The notes below the pieces were generated by a model that ran no database searches, was not told the DNA's origin, and was given only the letters and a program-made list of their open reading frames with translations. Of a DNA stretch of 64,000 bases, positions 51,371 through 61,885 are shown piece by piece (the stretch's first letter is position 1; each line of letters opens with the position of its first letter). Position numbers and translations under genes: made by a program. The stretch is from Acidobacteriota bacterium (GTDB lineage: Bacteria > Acidobacteriota > Aminicenantia > Aminicenantales > Saccharicenantaceae), in contig JAKPXU010000148.1 of the NCBI GenBank assembly GCA_029571905.1, positions 18,225 to 82,224 of the forward strand. The letters are read 5' to 3'.

Positions 51371-54300
51371 CTAAAATCTCAAACTGAAATTAAGCTGAAT
51401 ATCTCTGGTCCCATAGAGGGCTAAGATTTTTTGATAATGGCTGTTTATTATTCTCAGCCCAGTTGAGATTCCTTCTCCCTCTGGGTACCAGTAACCACCA
51501 TCGTTGAGGTCCTCAAGACTGTATTTCTGGCCAAGAAGATTAAGTATATCCAGGCCGATGTTCAGGCTGGTCCCCGAATTTAATTTAAGGCTTTTTTCCA
51601 GTCTGATATCTAACCTCTTAAAATCTGGCCAGCGATGACTGCCAGGTGCTTCTAAAAAAATGGTAGCAGGTAAATTCCGGGCACCGTGTTCCTCCAGCCA
51701 GCTGCTCGGTGCCACTACTGTAACTGTCCTGGCCCAGGGGGCGCCACTCTCATAAGAGAAAAAGGCGCTCAGATACATGTCCCAGGGGAGCTCGTAAGTG
51801 CCCATGATTCTGGCCACGACCGGGCGGTCGAGATCAAGAGTTGAACTCTGGTTAATATTAACCAGGGCGTTAGGCGTGTTAAAAAGATCGGTAAAGGCCG
51901 AAGTTGCCAGATGACTGAGACCAACATTTCCCCGGGCCTTGCTCAGAGTCAGTGAACCGAAGAACTGCCATTTGTCAGCCATTTTCCTTCTGGCCACGAA
52001 TTGCCAGCCGGAATATTTTTGTTTTAACAGGCTGACGTTATTTAACCTGGTAAAGAAGGCCGGGGCCTCGACTGAGGGAAAATAGACCGTCACCGGTGTG
52101 TCTCCATATTCAGAGCCTGAAGCTGCGGGGACAATTGTCTCAAATGGTATCCACCAGTTGGCCGGTGTCTCTGGTGCATACCATTCCTGTCCGCTTCCCG
52201 GGTCATAAAGAACATCATCAATCAGTCTGGTTCTCACTCGCGAGATGTAAGACAGAGAAAAGGTGAAATGCTCGCCTAGCTGCTGTTCTGCTGTTACCAT
52301 CCACTCTGTGGTCAAGGGGGCTTTGAGTTCCGGGGCAATTCTCTGGCGAAGATAATCAGTTTGGTGGAGGCGGTAATCTTCGGGTAAAAGTCGGTAGGTA
52401 TCAGTAAGGTCAGCTTTTCCATCGCCATTTTCATCATACCAGTAAAAGAGATGATAACCAGCAGGCTGACCCAGCGAAAAATTGTTTAAATAACTGAGTG
52501 ACAAGTGGTCTGGATAGCGGCCAAATGAACCCTTGAGAAGAGTCCGTCCCTGGCCAAAGACATCTACCACCAGTCCGAGTCGTGGTGAAAAGTTATGCCA
52601 GACCAGCATGTTATCCCAGCTGGGAAACACCATTGAACTATAGGGATTAAAGCCATAAACTGGGGCAATGATATCGTGGGCGACCGAATAAGAAAGAGAA
52701 GAACTAAAGTTGCGATAGAGTCTGGACAGGCCGGCTTGAATCCTTTCGAATTTTAGCCCCAGATATAAATTAACCCTCTTTACCGGGCTGAAAACGTCAC
52801 GCCCATAGAAACTAAGGCGGTGAATAGTTGATTTCTGTGATAAACCGCCCTCGCTGCTGCTGGCTAAATAAAAACCAACCAAGCCCTGCCCGACCAGATT
52901 GCCGCTCTCCGGAGATAGGGCCTGGCCATAATAATAGGGACTACTATTGGCATAGTAATAGATCAGGTTATCTTCTTTCCAGGTCGAAAAAGTCGCTGTC
53001 GAGTTTTCATATTCTGCTCCAACTACCAGTTCATGTTGACGGTGGAGAAAAGGTTGAAAACGAGTAGCGGATGCTCCTACCCGGAAAACATCGCCGTTTA
53101 TATCCTGATTATAAGGTCCGCTTCCCCAGGTATAACCGCTGACCGTATCTATATACCTGGGCTTACTGACTGAATCTGATTGAAGTCTTCGCCCGACATC
53201 ATTTCTAGTATAGAAAAAGAACAGATTAATTTTTGTTTCTGGATTGAGGAGATAATGGCCAAACCCGTTAACCAGAAAGAGTCCCTGGCTGAGATCGGTG
53301 GTAGCTGACTCAGGAGTGCGAGGGGAGATGAGGCCTGGATCAACATTTTGTTTGTTCTTACTGTAATTTAAAAAGATCGAGGCATTAATCTCCGGGGTAA
53401 TTTGTGATGATAGATGAAGCAGAAAACTGGAGTCTTTATTCTTCCAGCTGTACATCGGGTAAATGAGACCAGCTGGATCGTGCCAGGGAGAAAAAGGAGT
53501 ATTTTTTGATCTCTGGTCAAACTGGAAACTGGTGAAATACCAGACGCGGTCAGGCATGATTGGCCCGCCGAGGTTGAAGGAAAAATTCAGGTTATATTTA
53601 TCCTTTATAGCCGGGGCATCACCCATACGGTTGATTTCATCCTGACTCCACAGAGTATCAGTCAGCTGGCCGCCTGTACCGAGAAAAATTAACTCTCCGG
53701 CAGACTGATTAGCCCCGTGCTTTGGAATAACATTGATCATTGCCCCACCCTCAGCATAACTTTCCACCGGATGGGAAGCAGCTGCCACCTCCACTTCTTC
53801 CACCCAGTCAGGGTTGATATTGTTGGCAATCTTTCTCTCAAGAGGATCATTTATTTCATTAACCGAGATAGCAACGGTCGTCTCTCTAACGCTTGAACCA
53901 TTAACCGAAGCACTGGTATCAGCCGGTAGCTTTTCCGGAACCAACCCTGGTATAAATTGCATGATTCCAGTCAGGTTCTTGGTCCTGGGCATATGACTCA
54001 GCAGGTCCTGGTCAATAACATAAGACAGTTTGGGCGATTGACTATCAAGCAAAGGTAGTTCAAGCAAAAGAATTCTTTCTTCTTCCTCAACATCTGGCTC
54101 CAGAGAAACTGGCAGGTAAAGGGTTTTGCCGCTCTCTATTCTGATTTCATTAATAGTAGCCAGAATAAACCCCGGGGCTTCAACCGAAAGTTTATAAACA
54201 CCAGACGGTAGCTCCCAGAAAAAATAATCACCAGTTTTTCTGGTTAAATAATATTGAATGCCAATCATGCTGGGGGAACTGACATAGACATAGGCGCCCT

Positions 54301-54493
54301 TAATCGGATTTCCCTGCTTATCGGTAATTTTGCCTTTCAGCGCCCCGTTGACTCTGATAGAAGCTGGCAGACTCAACACATTTAAAAACAGAAATGAGGT
54401 AACAAACAACAGGGCCAGAAATAAGGTTGACTTTGGCTTCATCCTGGTCAAGATTCCTCCTTTGTCGCTAATCCAGCTGGAAACTTGCCTCAT
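51371..54493 (-). CDS. TonB-dependent outer-membrane receptor with N-terminal carboxypeptidase-regulatory-like domain
   Basis: 1040 aa with a signal peptide, a CarbopepD_reg-like beta-sandwich, plug and barrel beta-strand periodicity, and a terminal Phe. Confidence 0.78.
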   Translation of the reverse strand: MRQVSSWISDKGGILTRMKPKSTLFLALLFVTSFLFLNVLSLPASIRVNGALKGKITDKQGNPIKGAYVYVSSPSMIGIQYYLTRKTGDYFFWELPSGVYKLSVEAPGFILATINEIRIESGKTLYLPVSLEPDVEEEERILLLELPLLDSQSPKLSYVIDQDLLSHMPRTKNLTGIMQFIPGLVPEKLPADTSASVNGSSVRETTVAISVNEINDPLERKIANNINPDWVEEVEVAAASHPVESYAEGGAMINVIPKHGANQSAGELIFLGTGGQLTDTLWSQDEINRMGDAPAIKDKYNLNFSFNLGGPIMPDRVWYFTSFQFDQRSKNTPFSPWHDPAGLIYPMYSWKNKDSSFLLHLSSQITPEINASIFLNYSKNKQNVDPGLISPRTPESATTDLSQGLFLVNGFGHYLLNPETKINLFFFYTRNDVGRRLQSDSVSKPRYIDTVSGYTWGSGPYNQDINGDVFRVGASATRFQPFLHRQHELVVGAEYENSTATFSTWKEDNLIYYYANSSPYYYGQALSPESGNLVGQGLVGFYLASSSEGGLSQKSTIHRLSFYGRDVFSPVKRVNLYLGLKFERIQAGLSRLYRNFSSSLSYSVAHDIIAPVYGFNPYSSMVFPSWDNMLVWHNFSPRLGLVVDVFGQGRTLLKGSFGRYPDHLSLSYLNNFSLGQPAGYHLFYWYDENGDGKADLTDTYRLLPEDYRLHQTDYLRQRIAPELKAPLTTEWMVTAEQQLGEHFTFSLSYISRVRTRLIDDVLYDPGSGQEWYAPETPANWWIPFETIVPAASGSEYGDTPVTVYFPSVEAPAFFTRLNNVSLLKQKYSGWQFVARRKMADKWQFFGSLTLSKARGNVGLSHLATSAFTDLFNTPNALVNINQSSTLDLDRPVVARIMGTYELPWDMYLSAFFSYESGAPWARTVTVVAPSSWLEEHGARNLPATIFLEAPGSHRWPDFKRLDIRLEKSLKLNSGTSLNIGLDILNLLGQKYSLEDLNDGGYWYPEGEGISTGLRIINSHYQKILALYGTRDIQLNFSLRF

Positions 54494-54622
54494 TAACGGT
54501 CAGGTCAAGCTTCTTAAGGCCTGCTCTTCTGTCAAAAATCAGACACACATTATATAATTTTTTCCCTGTTTTGTAACAGTTTAATAAAACTTTTAAAAGG
54601 GATAAAAAGTTACCGGCTGGGG

Positions 54623-55576
54623 CTAATTTTTACCCGCAGTTCTGGTACCGATCGGCTGGCGGGACAACTGCTGTCCAGCCCAGGCGGCAGCTCCCATCAA
54701 GCCAGCGTCGTTACCGAGGCTGGCTTTCTCAATCCGGCAGAGCTCGAAACTGACTTTTATGGATCTTCTTCTGGCTTCCTGGATGGCTGGGCTAAGTAAC
54801 CAGTGGCCTGAGTCCATCACCCCTCCGCCTATGACGATTTTTTCAGGATTTAATAAATTAATAACCAGGCTGAGACCAATCCCCAGAAAGCGGCCACATC
54901 GTTCAAAGCTTTGACGGGCAGCTTCATCGCCGGCCCTGGCCCGGAGATAAACATCTTTGGCTGTCAGCTGGTCCTCTTTTTTTCCAGAGAAATTAAAATA
55001 ATTCCTGACGAGAGCTGGCCCCGAGACTTCCGTTTCGAGACAACCGCTATTGCCGCAGTTACATTTTATTCCTTCGGGATTGACCGTCACATGGCCAAGC
55101 TCACCGGCAAATCCTCCCCGACCCTGCCAGAGTTCGCCTTCGAGGATGAGACCTGAACCAACTCCCGTGCCAATGGTCAGGAAAACCAGACTCTGGACGC
55201 GCCTGCCCCGACCAAACATATATTCTCCAAAGGCAGCCAGATTGGCATCATTGTGGATGAAAAATGGAACAGGAATAACTTTTTTCAGATGGGGAACAAG
55301 CGGAAAATTGTTCAGAGCCTGATAATTGGGGGAATAGACAATTCTCTTCCTGGAAACACTGTAAAAACCAGCAAAGCCAAAGCCGGCCGCTTTAATTTTC
55401 CGGCCAAATCTTGTTTCCAGCTCTTTCCAGAGGGAGCCAATGAGAGTCATCAGCTGATTGATATCAGGTGGAGAAGGAACTTTATCCTTAAAAACCAGCT
55501 GGCCGCTGGCTTCAATAACGCCATATTTAAGCTGCGTTCCCCCTAGGTCAAAGCCGGCATAATATCTATCAGCCAT
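54623..55576 (-). CDS. ROK-family sugar kinase (glucokinase-like)
   Basis: DLGGT ATP-binding motif and the ROK zinc motif CNCGNSGCLE. Confidence 0.85.
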   Translation of the reverse strand: MADRYYAGFDLGGTQLKYGVIEASGQLVFKDKVPSPPDINQLMTLIGSLWKELETRFGRKIKAAGFGFAGFYSVSRKRIVYSPNYQALNNFPLVPHLKKVIPVPFFIHNDANLAAFGEYMFGRGRRVQSLVFLTIGTGVGSGLILEGELWQGRGGFAGELGHVTVNPEGIKCNCGNSGCLETEVSGPALVRNYFNFSGKKEDQLTAKDVYLRARAGDEAARQSFERCGRFLGIGLSLVINLLNPEKIVIGGGVMDSGHWLLSPAIQEARRRSIKVSFELCRIEKASLGNDAGLMGAAAWAGQQLSRQPIGTRTAGKN

Positions 55577-55596
55577 GATCTCAAAGCTGGTAGGTT

Positions 55597-55788
55597 TTAG
55601 CTGGAAGCAGGTGGGTTAGGCAAATTGTCCGAATTGTGTTCTTCTTTATGGCTGCTGACTGCCTTTTTAAAATTTTTGATGCCTTCGCCTAAAGATTTGC
55701 CGAGATCAGGTAATCTTCTGGCTCCAAAAATCACAATGACAATCAGCAGAATTATTAATAGCTCAGGGGCTCCTAAAGAACCAAACAT
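55597..55788 (-). CDS. tatA: Twin-arginine translocase subunit TatA/E
   Basis: 63 aa: [43 protein letters not shown]. Confidence 0.85.
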   Translation of the reverse strand: MFGSLGAPELLIILLIVIVIFGARRLPDLGKSLGEGIKNFKKAVSSHKEEHNSDNLPNPPASS

Positions 55789-56022
55789 AAAAAGCCTCCT
55801 TTCGGAGAAAAGGGGAACCTGATTATTTCTCCATATTCAGCTAAAAAATACTATTGACCAGGGTAAATGTCAAGGAAAAGAAACATTGACCGGAACAATG
55901 AAGTCCCGGAAAGATTGTCAGCTGACCAATTTTAGATTAAAATTAACAAGAAACCGGATATATTGGAGATAGGCGCGAGCCGTTCCTCATAATAAGCTGG
56001 TCTCGATAAGTGTATTAAAAAT

Positions 56023-57816
56023 ATGCAAAAAAACATTCGCAACTTTGCCATCATTGCCCATGTGGATCATGGGAAAAGCACTCTGGCCGATCGTTTTATC
56101 GAATTGACTGGAGCTCTTTCCAGCCGTGAACTCCGAGAACAGGTCCTCGATACTATGGACATTGAGCGGGAACGTGGCATCACCATCAAGGCTCAAACTG
56201 CCAGATTGAAATATCGCAGCCGTTCCGGCCAGGAATATATCCTCAACATGATTGATACTCCCGGGCACGTCGATTTTTCCTATGAAGTTTCTCGCAGTCT
56301 GGCCGCCTGTGAGGGAGCCGTCCTGGTCATTGATGTTTCTCAGGGGGTTGAAGCTCAAACCCTGGCCAATGCTTATCTGGCTATCCAGAACGACCTGGTT
56401 ATCATTCCAGTGATGAATAAGATTGATCTCCCCCAGATTGATCTTGACCTGGCCCTCGAGCAATTAGAACATATTGTCGGGCTGAAAAAAGAGGAGGCCC
56501 TGCTGGTTTCAGCTAAAAAGGGCATGGGCATCGAAGATGTTCTGGAAGCAATTGTGGACAGAATTCCGCCTCCTAAAGGTGAGGTTGAAGCTCCACTGAA
56601 AGCCCTGCTTTTTGATTCCTGGTTCGATCCTTACCGGGGAGTAATTGTCCTGGTCAGAATAATTGATGGCTGCCTCCGAGTGGGCGATCGGATCAGGCTG
56701 ATGTCTAACGGGGCCGAGTATCTAGCTGAAGAAATAGGCTACCTTACCCCCAAGCCAGTCAAGGTGGAGGCTCTGGAAACGGGCGAAGTTGGCTATCTCA
56801 TTGCCGGCATAAAAAATCTGGCTCATGCCCGGATAGGTGAAACTATCACCCTGGCCAATCGTCCAGCGGCTGAAGCTTTGCCCGGCTTTAAAGAAGCCAA
56901 GCCAATGGTTTTCTGCGGTCTTTATCCAGCCGGCGATACCAATATAGATGAACTGCGTGATGCGCTGGAAAAGCTGAGACTCACCGACGCTTCTCTGCAC
57001 TTTGAACCAGAACATTCACCGGCTCTCGGCTTTGGCTTCCGGGCTGGTTTTCTCGGTCTTCTTCATCGTGAAATTGTTCAGGAAAGACTGGAAAGGGAGT
57101 TTAATCTAAATTTGATCACGACCGCTCCCAGCGTCAGTTACCGGGTGGTTAAGACCGATGGCGAAGTGCTCGAGATTCATAACCCATCAGAACTGCCAGA
57201 GCCGCAGTTCATTGAGCGCATTGAAGAACCGATCATTGAGGCTTTAATTTTGACGCCTGATCGCTATCTCGGGCCGCTGCTCCAGCTGCTTGATGATCGG
57301 CGTGGCCAGCAGAAAAAGATGGAGTATATTTCTACCAATCGAGTTATACTGGATTATTTGATTCCGCTCAACGAAGTTGTTTTTGACTTTTATAACCAGC
57401 TTAAATCACTTTCCCAGGGGTATGCTTCAATGGATTATGAGCTGGTCGGCTATAGAGAAGAGCCTCTGGTCAAGCTCGATATCCTGGTCAATTATGAAGA
57501 AATTGATGCCTTATCAGTCATTGTTCATAAAGATAAGGCTTATTATGTCGGCCGGGCATTGGTGGATAAACTGCGGCGGGCAATTCCCCGTCAACAATTC
57601 GAGGTAATCATTCAGGCCGCGGTAGGAAAAAGAGTCATTGCCCGTGAAACTGTCAAACCTTTTAGAAAAGATGTTCTGGCCAAACTTTATGGCGGAGATT
57701 ATACCAGGAAAATGAAGCTTCTGGAAAAACAGAAAGAGGGCAAGAAAAGAATGAAAAGAGTGGGGCGGGTTGATATACCTCAGGAGGCTTTTCTGGCTAT
57801 TCTGGAAGTCAAATAA
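56023..57816 (+). CDS. lepA: Elongation factor 4 (LepA)
   Basis: G1-G4 motifs ([21 protein letters not shown]) and the unique LepA C-terminal domain. Confidence 0.95.
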   Translation: MQKNIRNFAIIAHVDHGKSTLADRFIELTGALSSRELREQVLDTMDIERERGITIKAQTARLKYRSRSGQEYILNMIDTPGHVDFSYEVSRSLAACEGAVLVIDVSQGVEAQTLANAYLAIQNDLVIIPVMNKIDLPQIDLDLALEQLEHIVGLKKEEALLVSAKKGMGIEDVLEAIVDRIPPPKGEVEAPLKALLFDSWFDPYRGVIVLVRIIDGCLRVGDRIRLMSNGAEYLAEEIGYLTPKPVKVEALETGEVGYLIAGIKNLAHARIGETITLANRPAAEALPGFKEAKPMVFCGLYPAGDTNIDELRDALEKLRLTDASLHFEPEHSPALGFGFRAGFLGLLHREIVQERLEREFNLNLITTAPSVSYRVVKTDGEVLEIHNPSELPEPQFIERIEEPIIEALILTPDRYLGPLLQLLDDRRGQQKKMEYISTNRVILDYLIPLNEVVFDFYNQLKSLSQGYASMDYELVGYREEPLVKLDILVNYEEIDALSVIVHKDKAYYVGRALVDKLRRAIPRQQFEVIIQAAVGKRVIARETVKPFRKDVLAKLYGGDYTRKMKLLEKQKEGKKRMKRVGRVDIPQEAFLAILEVK

Positions 57817-57928
57817 TCTTTTAAATCCATAAGTCTTTTAGTTTATAATAATCACCAGAATTTTAAGCCGGAAGGTGTAATTATGTGTTCTGACTCATGA
57901 CCGGTCAGACAGAAAATAAGGGGGAAAA

Positions 57929-58522
57929 GTGGAAGAGAAAAAGTTACAGACTTTTTTAAAACAGTCGGCAGAAATCTTAAAAGATTTTTTTCCACCTGAC
58001 ACTTCAGCTCTCATTCCACTTCTCTATTCGACCTTGATCTGGACGACAAAAAGAAAGGAAAATTTAGAAGAAGAAGTTTCCGGGCTCAGGCTCTGGCTCG
58101 AACCAGAAATCGTGGATAACAAACCGGATGAATTTATCCTCGATTTTTTTGAAAAACGATCAGACCTCAGGGAAGCTTTTGAGAATGAAATTAAGAGCAG
58201 CGATATGAAATCGCTCCGCCTGGCATTTAGAGGTTTATATCCCGTAGTGGGGCTGGAGGAACCTTTTCTTCAAAGCCTTTTTTCCGAGGAGCTGGCTAGA
58301 GGCGACTACCGCCTTATTGCCGATCAATTTGATTGGAAGTTAAACCAGGCACTCGATGAGATAAAGGCCGCAGAAAAAAAGCCGGAGTTATGGGCGGTAC
58401 TCAAAAAAATAGGAGAAAGTTTTTTAAGTCTGAGCTGGGCCTGGTTGAGTGATGACGAGTTGAGAGACTGGCTTAAGCTTTTCCTTGGCATCAACCGGCA
58501 AGGTGAGGAGGAAGAAGAATGA
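57929..58522 (+). CDS. Hypothetical protein (197 aa)
   Basis: Clean ORF with an acidic C-terminal tail and no recognisable motif. Confidence 0.45.
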   Translation: MEEKKLQTFLKQSAEILKDFFPPDTSALIPLLYSTLIWTTKRKENLEEEVSGLRLWLEPEIVDNKPDEFILDFFEKRSDLREAFENEIKSSDMKSLRLAFRGLYPVVGLEEPFLQSLFSEELARGDYRLIADQFDWKLNQALDEIKAAEKKPELWAVLKKIGESFLSLSWAWLSDDELRDWLKLFLGINRQGEEEEE

Positions 58523-59439
58523 AGAGGCAGACAATCAATTTTGACAACGGCGATTCCAGCCGTAATACTCGCTACAAAAGGCAAGTGGCCAGAGGCTTTT
58601 ATTGGCGGCCAGCATTAATTTTCTTTTTAGCCGGTTTTTTTATAAGTTGTGCTTCCTCATCACTGTTAAGGGCCAGGACAGATTATCTTCAGGCACAAAA
58701 ACTCGAGCGTTCGCTTCGTCAGGCGGAAGCAACAGCTTTCTATAAAAAGACGAGAGAGGAAGTATCAGCCGCCATCAATCAGAAGCCAACGGCCGAAGCT
58801 TATCTCCTGAAAGGGCTGGCCGAGGTTAACTTGAATCTCTGGGAAGAAGCTGAAAATTCATTTCGGCTGGCTGCTGCCCTGGGTGAGGACAAAGCCCTGG
58901 CCTGGGCAGAAGAGCTAAGACTTTATGGTCTGGCCCGCTCTTTTGAAGCTCAGGGCTGGGCAGAGACCTCCGGCCGCCTGTATGAAATTCTGGCTGATAA
59001 GGGAAAATATCTTCCGGTGGTGAGAGTGGCCGTGGGCCAGCTGGTGGATCTCAAACTTAAGGCTCTCTCTGAGATGGAAAAGAATTCTTCTCCTTCTCAA
59101 AAAGAAAGGGACAAAATTCTGGCTGACGCCATAAAAATAGTAGAGCAGGCAGTTGAAAGCGAGCCGGCCTATGGCTATTATCATTATCTTTTAGCTCAGG
59201 TTCTGGCTCATCAAAAGGATTATGGAGAGAGTCTGGAAGAGGCAGTCATGGCTAAAGAATTAGGTCTGCCGTCAGAAAAAATTAATCGTGATAATGATCT
59301 CCAGATAGTTTTTTGCTATGAGCAACTGGGGAAAAGTCTCTCCGGGGAAGAACTGACTGTTTTCCAGCTGAGGTATAATAACTGGGTCAAAAAATGGAAG
59401 TGGCAGAACGAAACCACTCCCGACTGGCAAAGGAGCTAA
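58519..59439 (+). CDS. Hypothetical single-TM protein with TPR-like repeats
   Basis: A 4-nt overlap with the upstream ORF, one TM helix ([14 protein letters not shown]), then TPR-like helices. Confidence 0.45.
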   Translation: MKRQTINFDNGDSSRNTRYKRQVARGFYWRPALIFFLAGFFISCASSSLLRARTDYLQAQKLERSLRQAEATAFYKKTREEVSAAINQKPTAEAYLLKGLAEVNLNLWEEAENSFRLAAALGEDKALAWAEELRLYGLARSFEAQGWAETSGRLYEILADKGKYLPVVRVAVGQLVDLKLKALSEMEKNSSPSQKERDKILADAIKIVEQAVESEPAYGYYHYLLAQVLAHQKDYGESLEEAVMAKELGLPSEKINRDNDLQIVFCYEQLGKSLSGEELTVFQLRYNNWVKKWKWQNETTPDWQRS

Positions 59440-59441
59440 AC

Positions 59442-60473
59442 ATGCTGCCCACTATAACCTGGGAAAATGAGGCGGTGGTTATGATTGACCAGAGAAAGTT
59501 GCCTCAGAAGGAAGTCTATCTGTCGTTAAAGTCGGTCGATGAGGTGGCCCAGGCCATTGAAAAAATGGTCATAAGAGGAGCACCGGCTATTGGCCTGGCG
59601 GCCGCCTATGGTCTGGCCCTGGCCATTTATCAGATCAAAGACGAAAAACATCTGGATAAGACTTTTGAGGCAGCTTATGAACGGCTCTGGCGGACACGGC
59701 CAACAGCCCGCAATCTCTTCTGGGCTCTGGAAAGAATGAAAAAGGTTTTTATCAGGAATAGAAAGGGCGGTCTTGAAGCATTAAAAGACAGGCTGCTGAC
59801 TGAGGCCAGAAGGATGGATGAAGAAGATCTGGCTATAAATATGAGAATGGGCGAATATGGCCAGAAGCTCATTTCTGATGGAGATACGGTTCTTACCCAC
59901 TGCAATGCCGGTGGGTTGGCCACCGCTGGCTATGGCACAGCCCTGGGTGTGATCAGGGCGGCCGTGGCCCATGGTAAAAAAATAAAAGTTCTGGCCGACG
60001 AGACCAGGCCGCTTCTCCAGGGAGCGCGCCTGACCTGCTGGGAACTCCAGCGGGAAGGGATCCCGGTGACTCTTATCACTGACAATATGGCCGGTTATCT
60101 GATGAAGAAAGGCGAAATTTCGCTGGTCGTGGTTGGAGCTGATCGAATCGCCCTTAATGGAGATACAGCCAATAAAATTGGCACCTATTCAGTGGCCGTT
60201 CTGGCCAGAGAGCATAGATTGCCTTTTTATGTGGCCGCACCGTTCAGCACCTTTGATTTTTCTCTTAAAACAGGAGAAGGCATTCCTATCGAGGAAAGAC
60301 AGCCGGATGAAGTTAGAAAGATAGGCAGCAAACTGATTACTCTGGCTGATGTTCCGGTTAGAAATCCGGCCTTCGATGTCACCCCGGCCAGATTAATATC
60401 CGGTATTATTACAGAGCGCGGCGTCCTCAGACCCCCTCTTGGGCCGGCAATAAAAAAGTTTGCCGGGAATTAA
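59442..60473 (+). CDS. mtnA: S-methyl-5-thioribose-1-phosphate isomerase (eIF-2B-like family)
   Basis: IDQRKLP ... [18 protein letters not shown] ... CNAGGLAT ... [18 protein letters not shown] matches the MtnA/e2b2 family. The start was moved to the internal ATG with an AGGAG RBS. Confidence 0.78.
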   Translation: MLPTITWENEAVVMIDQRKLPQKEVYLSLKSVDEVAQAIEKMVIRGAPAIGLAAAYGLALAIYQIKDEKHLDKTFEAAYERLWRTRPTARNLFWALERMKKVFIRNRKGGLEALKDRLLTEARRMDEEDLAINMRMGEYGQKLISDGDTVLTHCNAGGLATAGYGTALGVIRAAVAHGKKIKVLADETRPLLQGARLTCWELQREGIPVTLITDNMAGYLMKKGEISLVVVGADRIALNGDTANKIGTYSVAVLAREHRLPFYVAAPFSTFDFSLKTGEGIPIEERQPDEVRKIGSKLITLADVPVRNPAFDVTPARLISGIITERGVLRPPLGPAIKKFAGN

Positions 60474-60707
60474 TAGCTTATGTTCTTTGCTCCCGAGGCC
60501 TTACCGCTGATGGACTGTTCAGGCTGCTGGAGAGATCAGTAGTTTTTAAAGAAGGCTGGATGGAAAGGTAAAAGCCGGCCAGAAACGTTTAAGCCAGAAA
60601 AAAGATAAAGCCAAACAAGGGGCAGGAAAATAGTATTAACTCTGATCTTAAGCTAAAATATTACGGTCAATAGATTCTAAGTTCGATATTTTTCTCAGGA
60701 GAAATAA

Positions 60708-61724
60708 ATGGCTGAAAAAAGCGAGGTCAGATGGCTTCTGGCCATTGAGACCTCATGTGATGAAACCTCGGCGGCTGTCCTTGACCGGGGCCAGATCAGA
60801 AGCAACATCATTTTGTCCCAGGATGAGATTCATGCCCCTTATGGTGGGGTGGTACCTGAGCTTGCCTCCCGCCAGCATCTTAAATCCATTGATTACATTG
60901 TGAATGAAAGCCTGGAGCGAGCCGGAGTCAAAGTGCAGGATATAGATCTCTATGCGGTGACGCAGGGACCAGGCCTGATTGGTTCCCTGCTGGTCGGCCT
61001 GACTTTTGCCAAGGGACTCGCTTATTATTTTAAGAGGCCGCTAATCGGTGTTGATCACCTCGAGGCTCATCTCGAAGCAGCCTTTGTTGAAAATCCTGAT
61101 ATTGAGTTTCCAGCTCTGGCTTTGCTGGTGTCGGGCGGCCATACTTCGCTTTATTTTCTGGAAAAGCCATTGACTTACCGACTGCTGGGCAAAACCAGAG
61201 ACGATGCGGCCGGCGAATGCCTGGATAAAATCGCCAAATTTCTTGATCTGGGGTATCCAGGTGGACCCGTTATTGAAAAGCTGGCCAGGGGTGGCGACAG
61301 TGAGCGTTTCCATTTTTCTGTGCCCAAAATGAAGAAACCTGGTTATGATTTTAGCTTTTCCGGGCTGAAAACGGCTGCCTTGAGAATAATCCGGGAAAAT
61401 AACTTGAAGCGAGATCATCCAGCTCTGGCTGATTTTCTGGCCAGTTTTGAGGAGATTGTAGTCAGGAGTTTACTGGAAAAAGTCAGTCGGGCGATAATTG
61501 AATTTCAGCCGGTTGCTCTTATTCTCGGTGGCGGCGTGGCTCGCAATGAGCGCCTCCGAAGCGGGTTCACCAGGTTGGCGGAGGAGAATAAGTTGCCGGC
61601 CTATATTCCGTCACCCCGGCTTTGCACCGACAATGCCGGCATGGTTGGTGCTCTGGCCTGGAAAAAACACAGGAGGGGAGAGCCGCTGGTGCTTGACCTT
61701 GAACTTGATGCCTACCCAAGATAA
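60708..61724 (+). CDS. tsaD: tRNA N6-adenosine threonylcarbamoyltransferase TsaD
   Basis: LAIETSCDETSAAV ... VSGGHT; Kae1/TsaD family over full length. Confidence 0.93.
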   Translation: MAEKSEVRWLLAIETSCDETSAAVLDRGQIRSNIILSQDEIHAPYGGVVPELASRQHLKSIDYIVNESLERAGVKVQDIDLYAVTQGPGLIGSLLVGLTFAKGLAYYFKRPLIGVDHLEAHLEAAFVENPDIEFPALALLVSGGHTSLYFLEKPLTYRLLGKTRDDAAGECLDKIAKFLDLGYPGGPVIEKLARGGDSERFHFSVPKMKKPGYDFSFSGLKTAALRIIRENNLKRDHPALADFLASFEEIVVRSLLEKVSRAIIEFQPVALILGGGVARNERLRSGFTRLAEENKLPAYIPSPRLCTDNAGMVGALAWKKHRRGEPLVLDLELDAYPR

Positions 61725-61885
61725 GACAGGGCCTACCTGCTGGTTTAAAAGCGACTGGCTGAGAAAAAGGGGTACCTTTTTCCGTTCTTATTAATAATCA
61801 GGTCCAGGCTGATAAGACGTAATATTTGTGCTGATGCTGTTTGCTTTAAATAGCCTGCTTTTGTTAAACTTAATCTAAATTTAAA

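Noticed and set aside
54494-54622. Possible cobalamin riboswitch upstream of the TonB-dependent receptor
   Set aside because: The leader is only about 130 nt and AT-rich. It has no recognisable B12-box or extended paired structure by eye.
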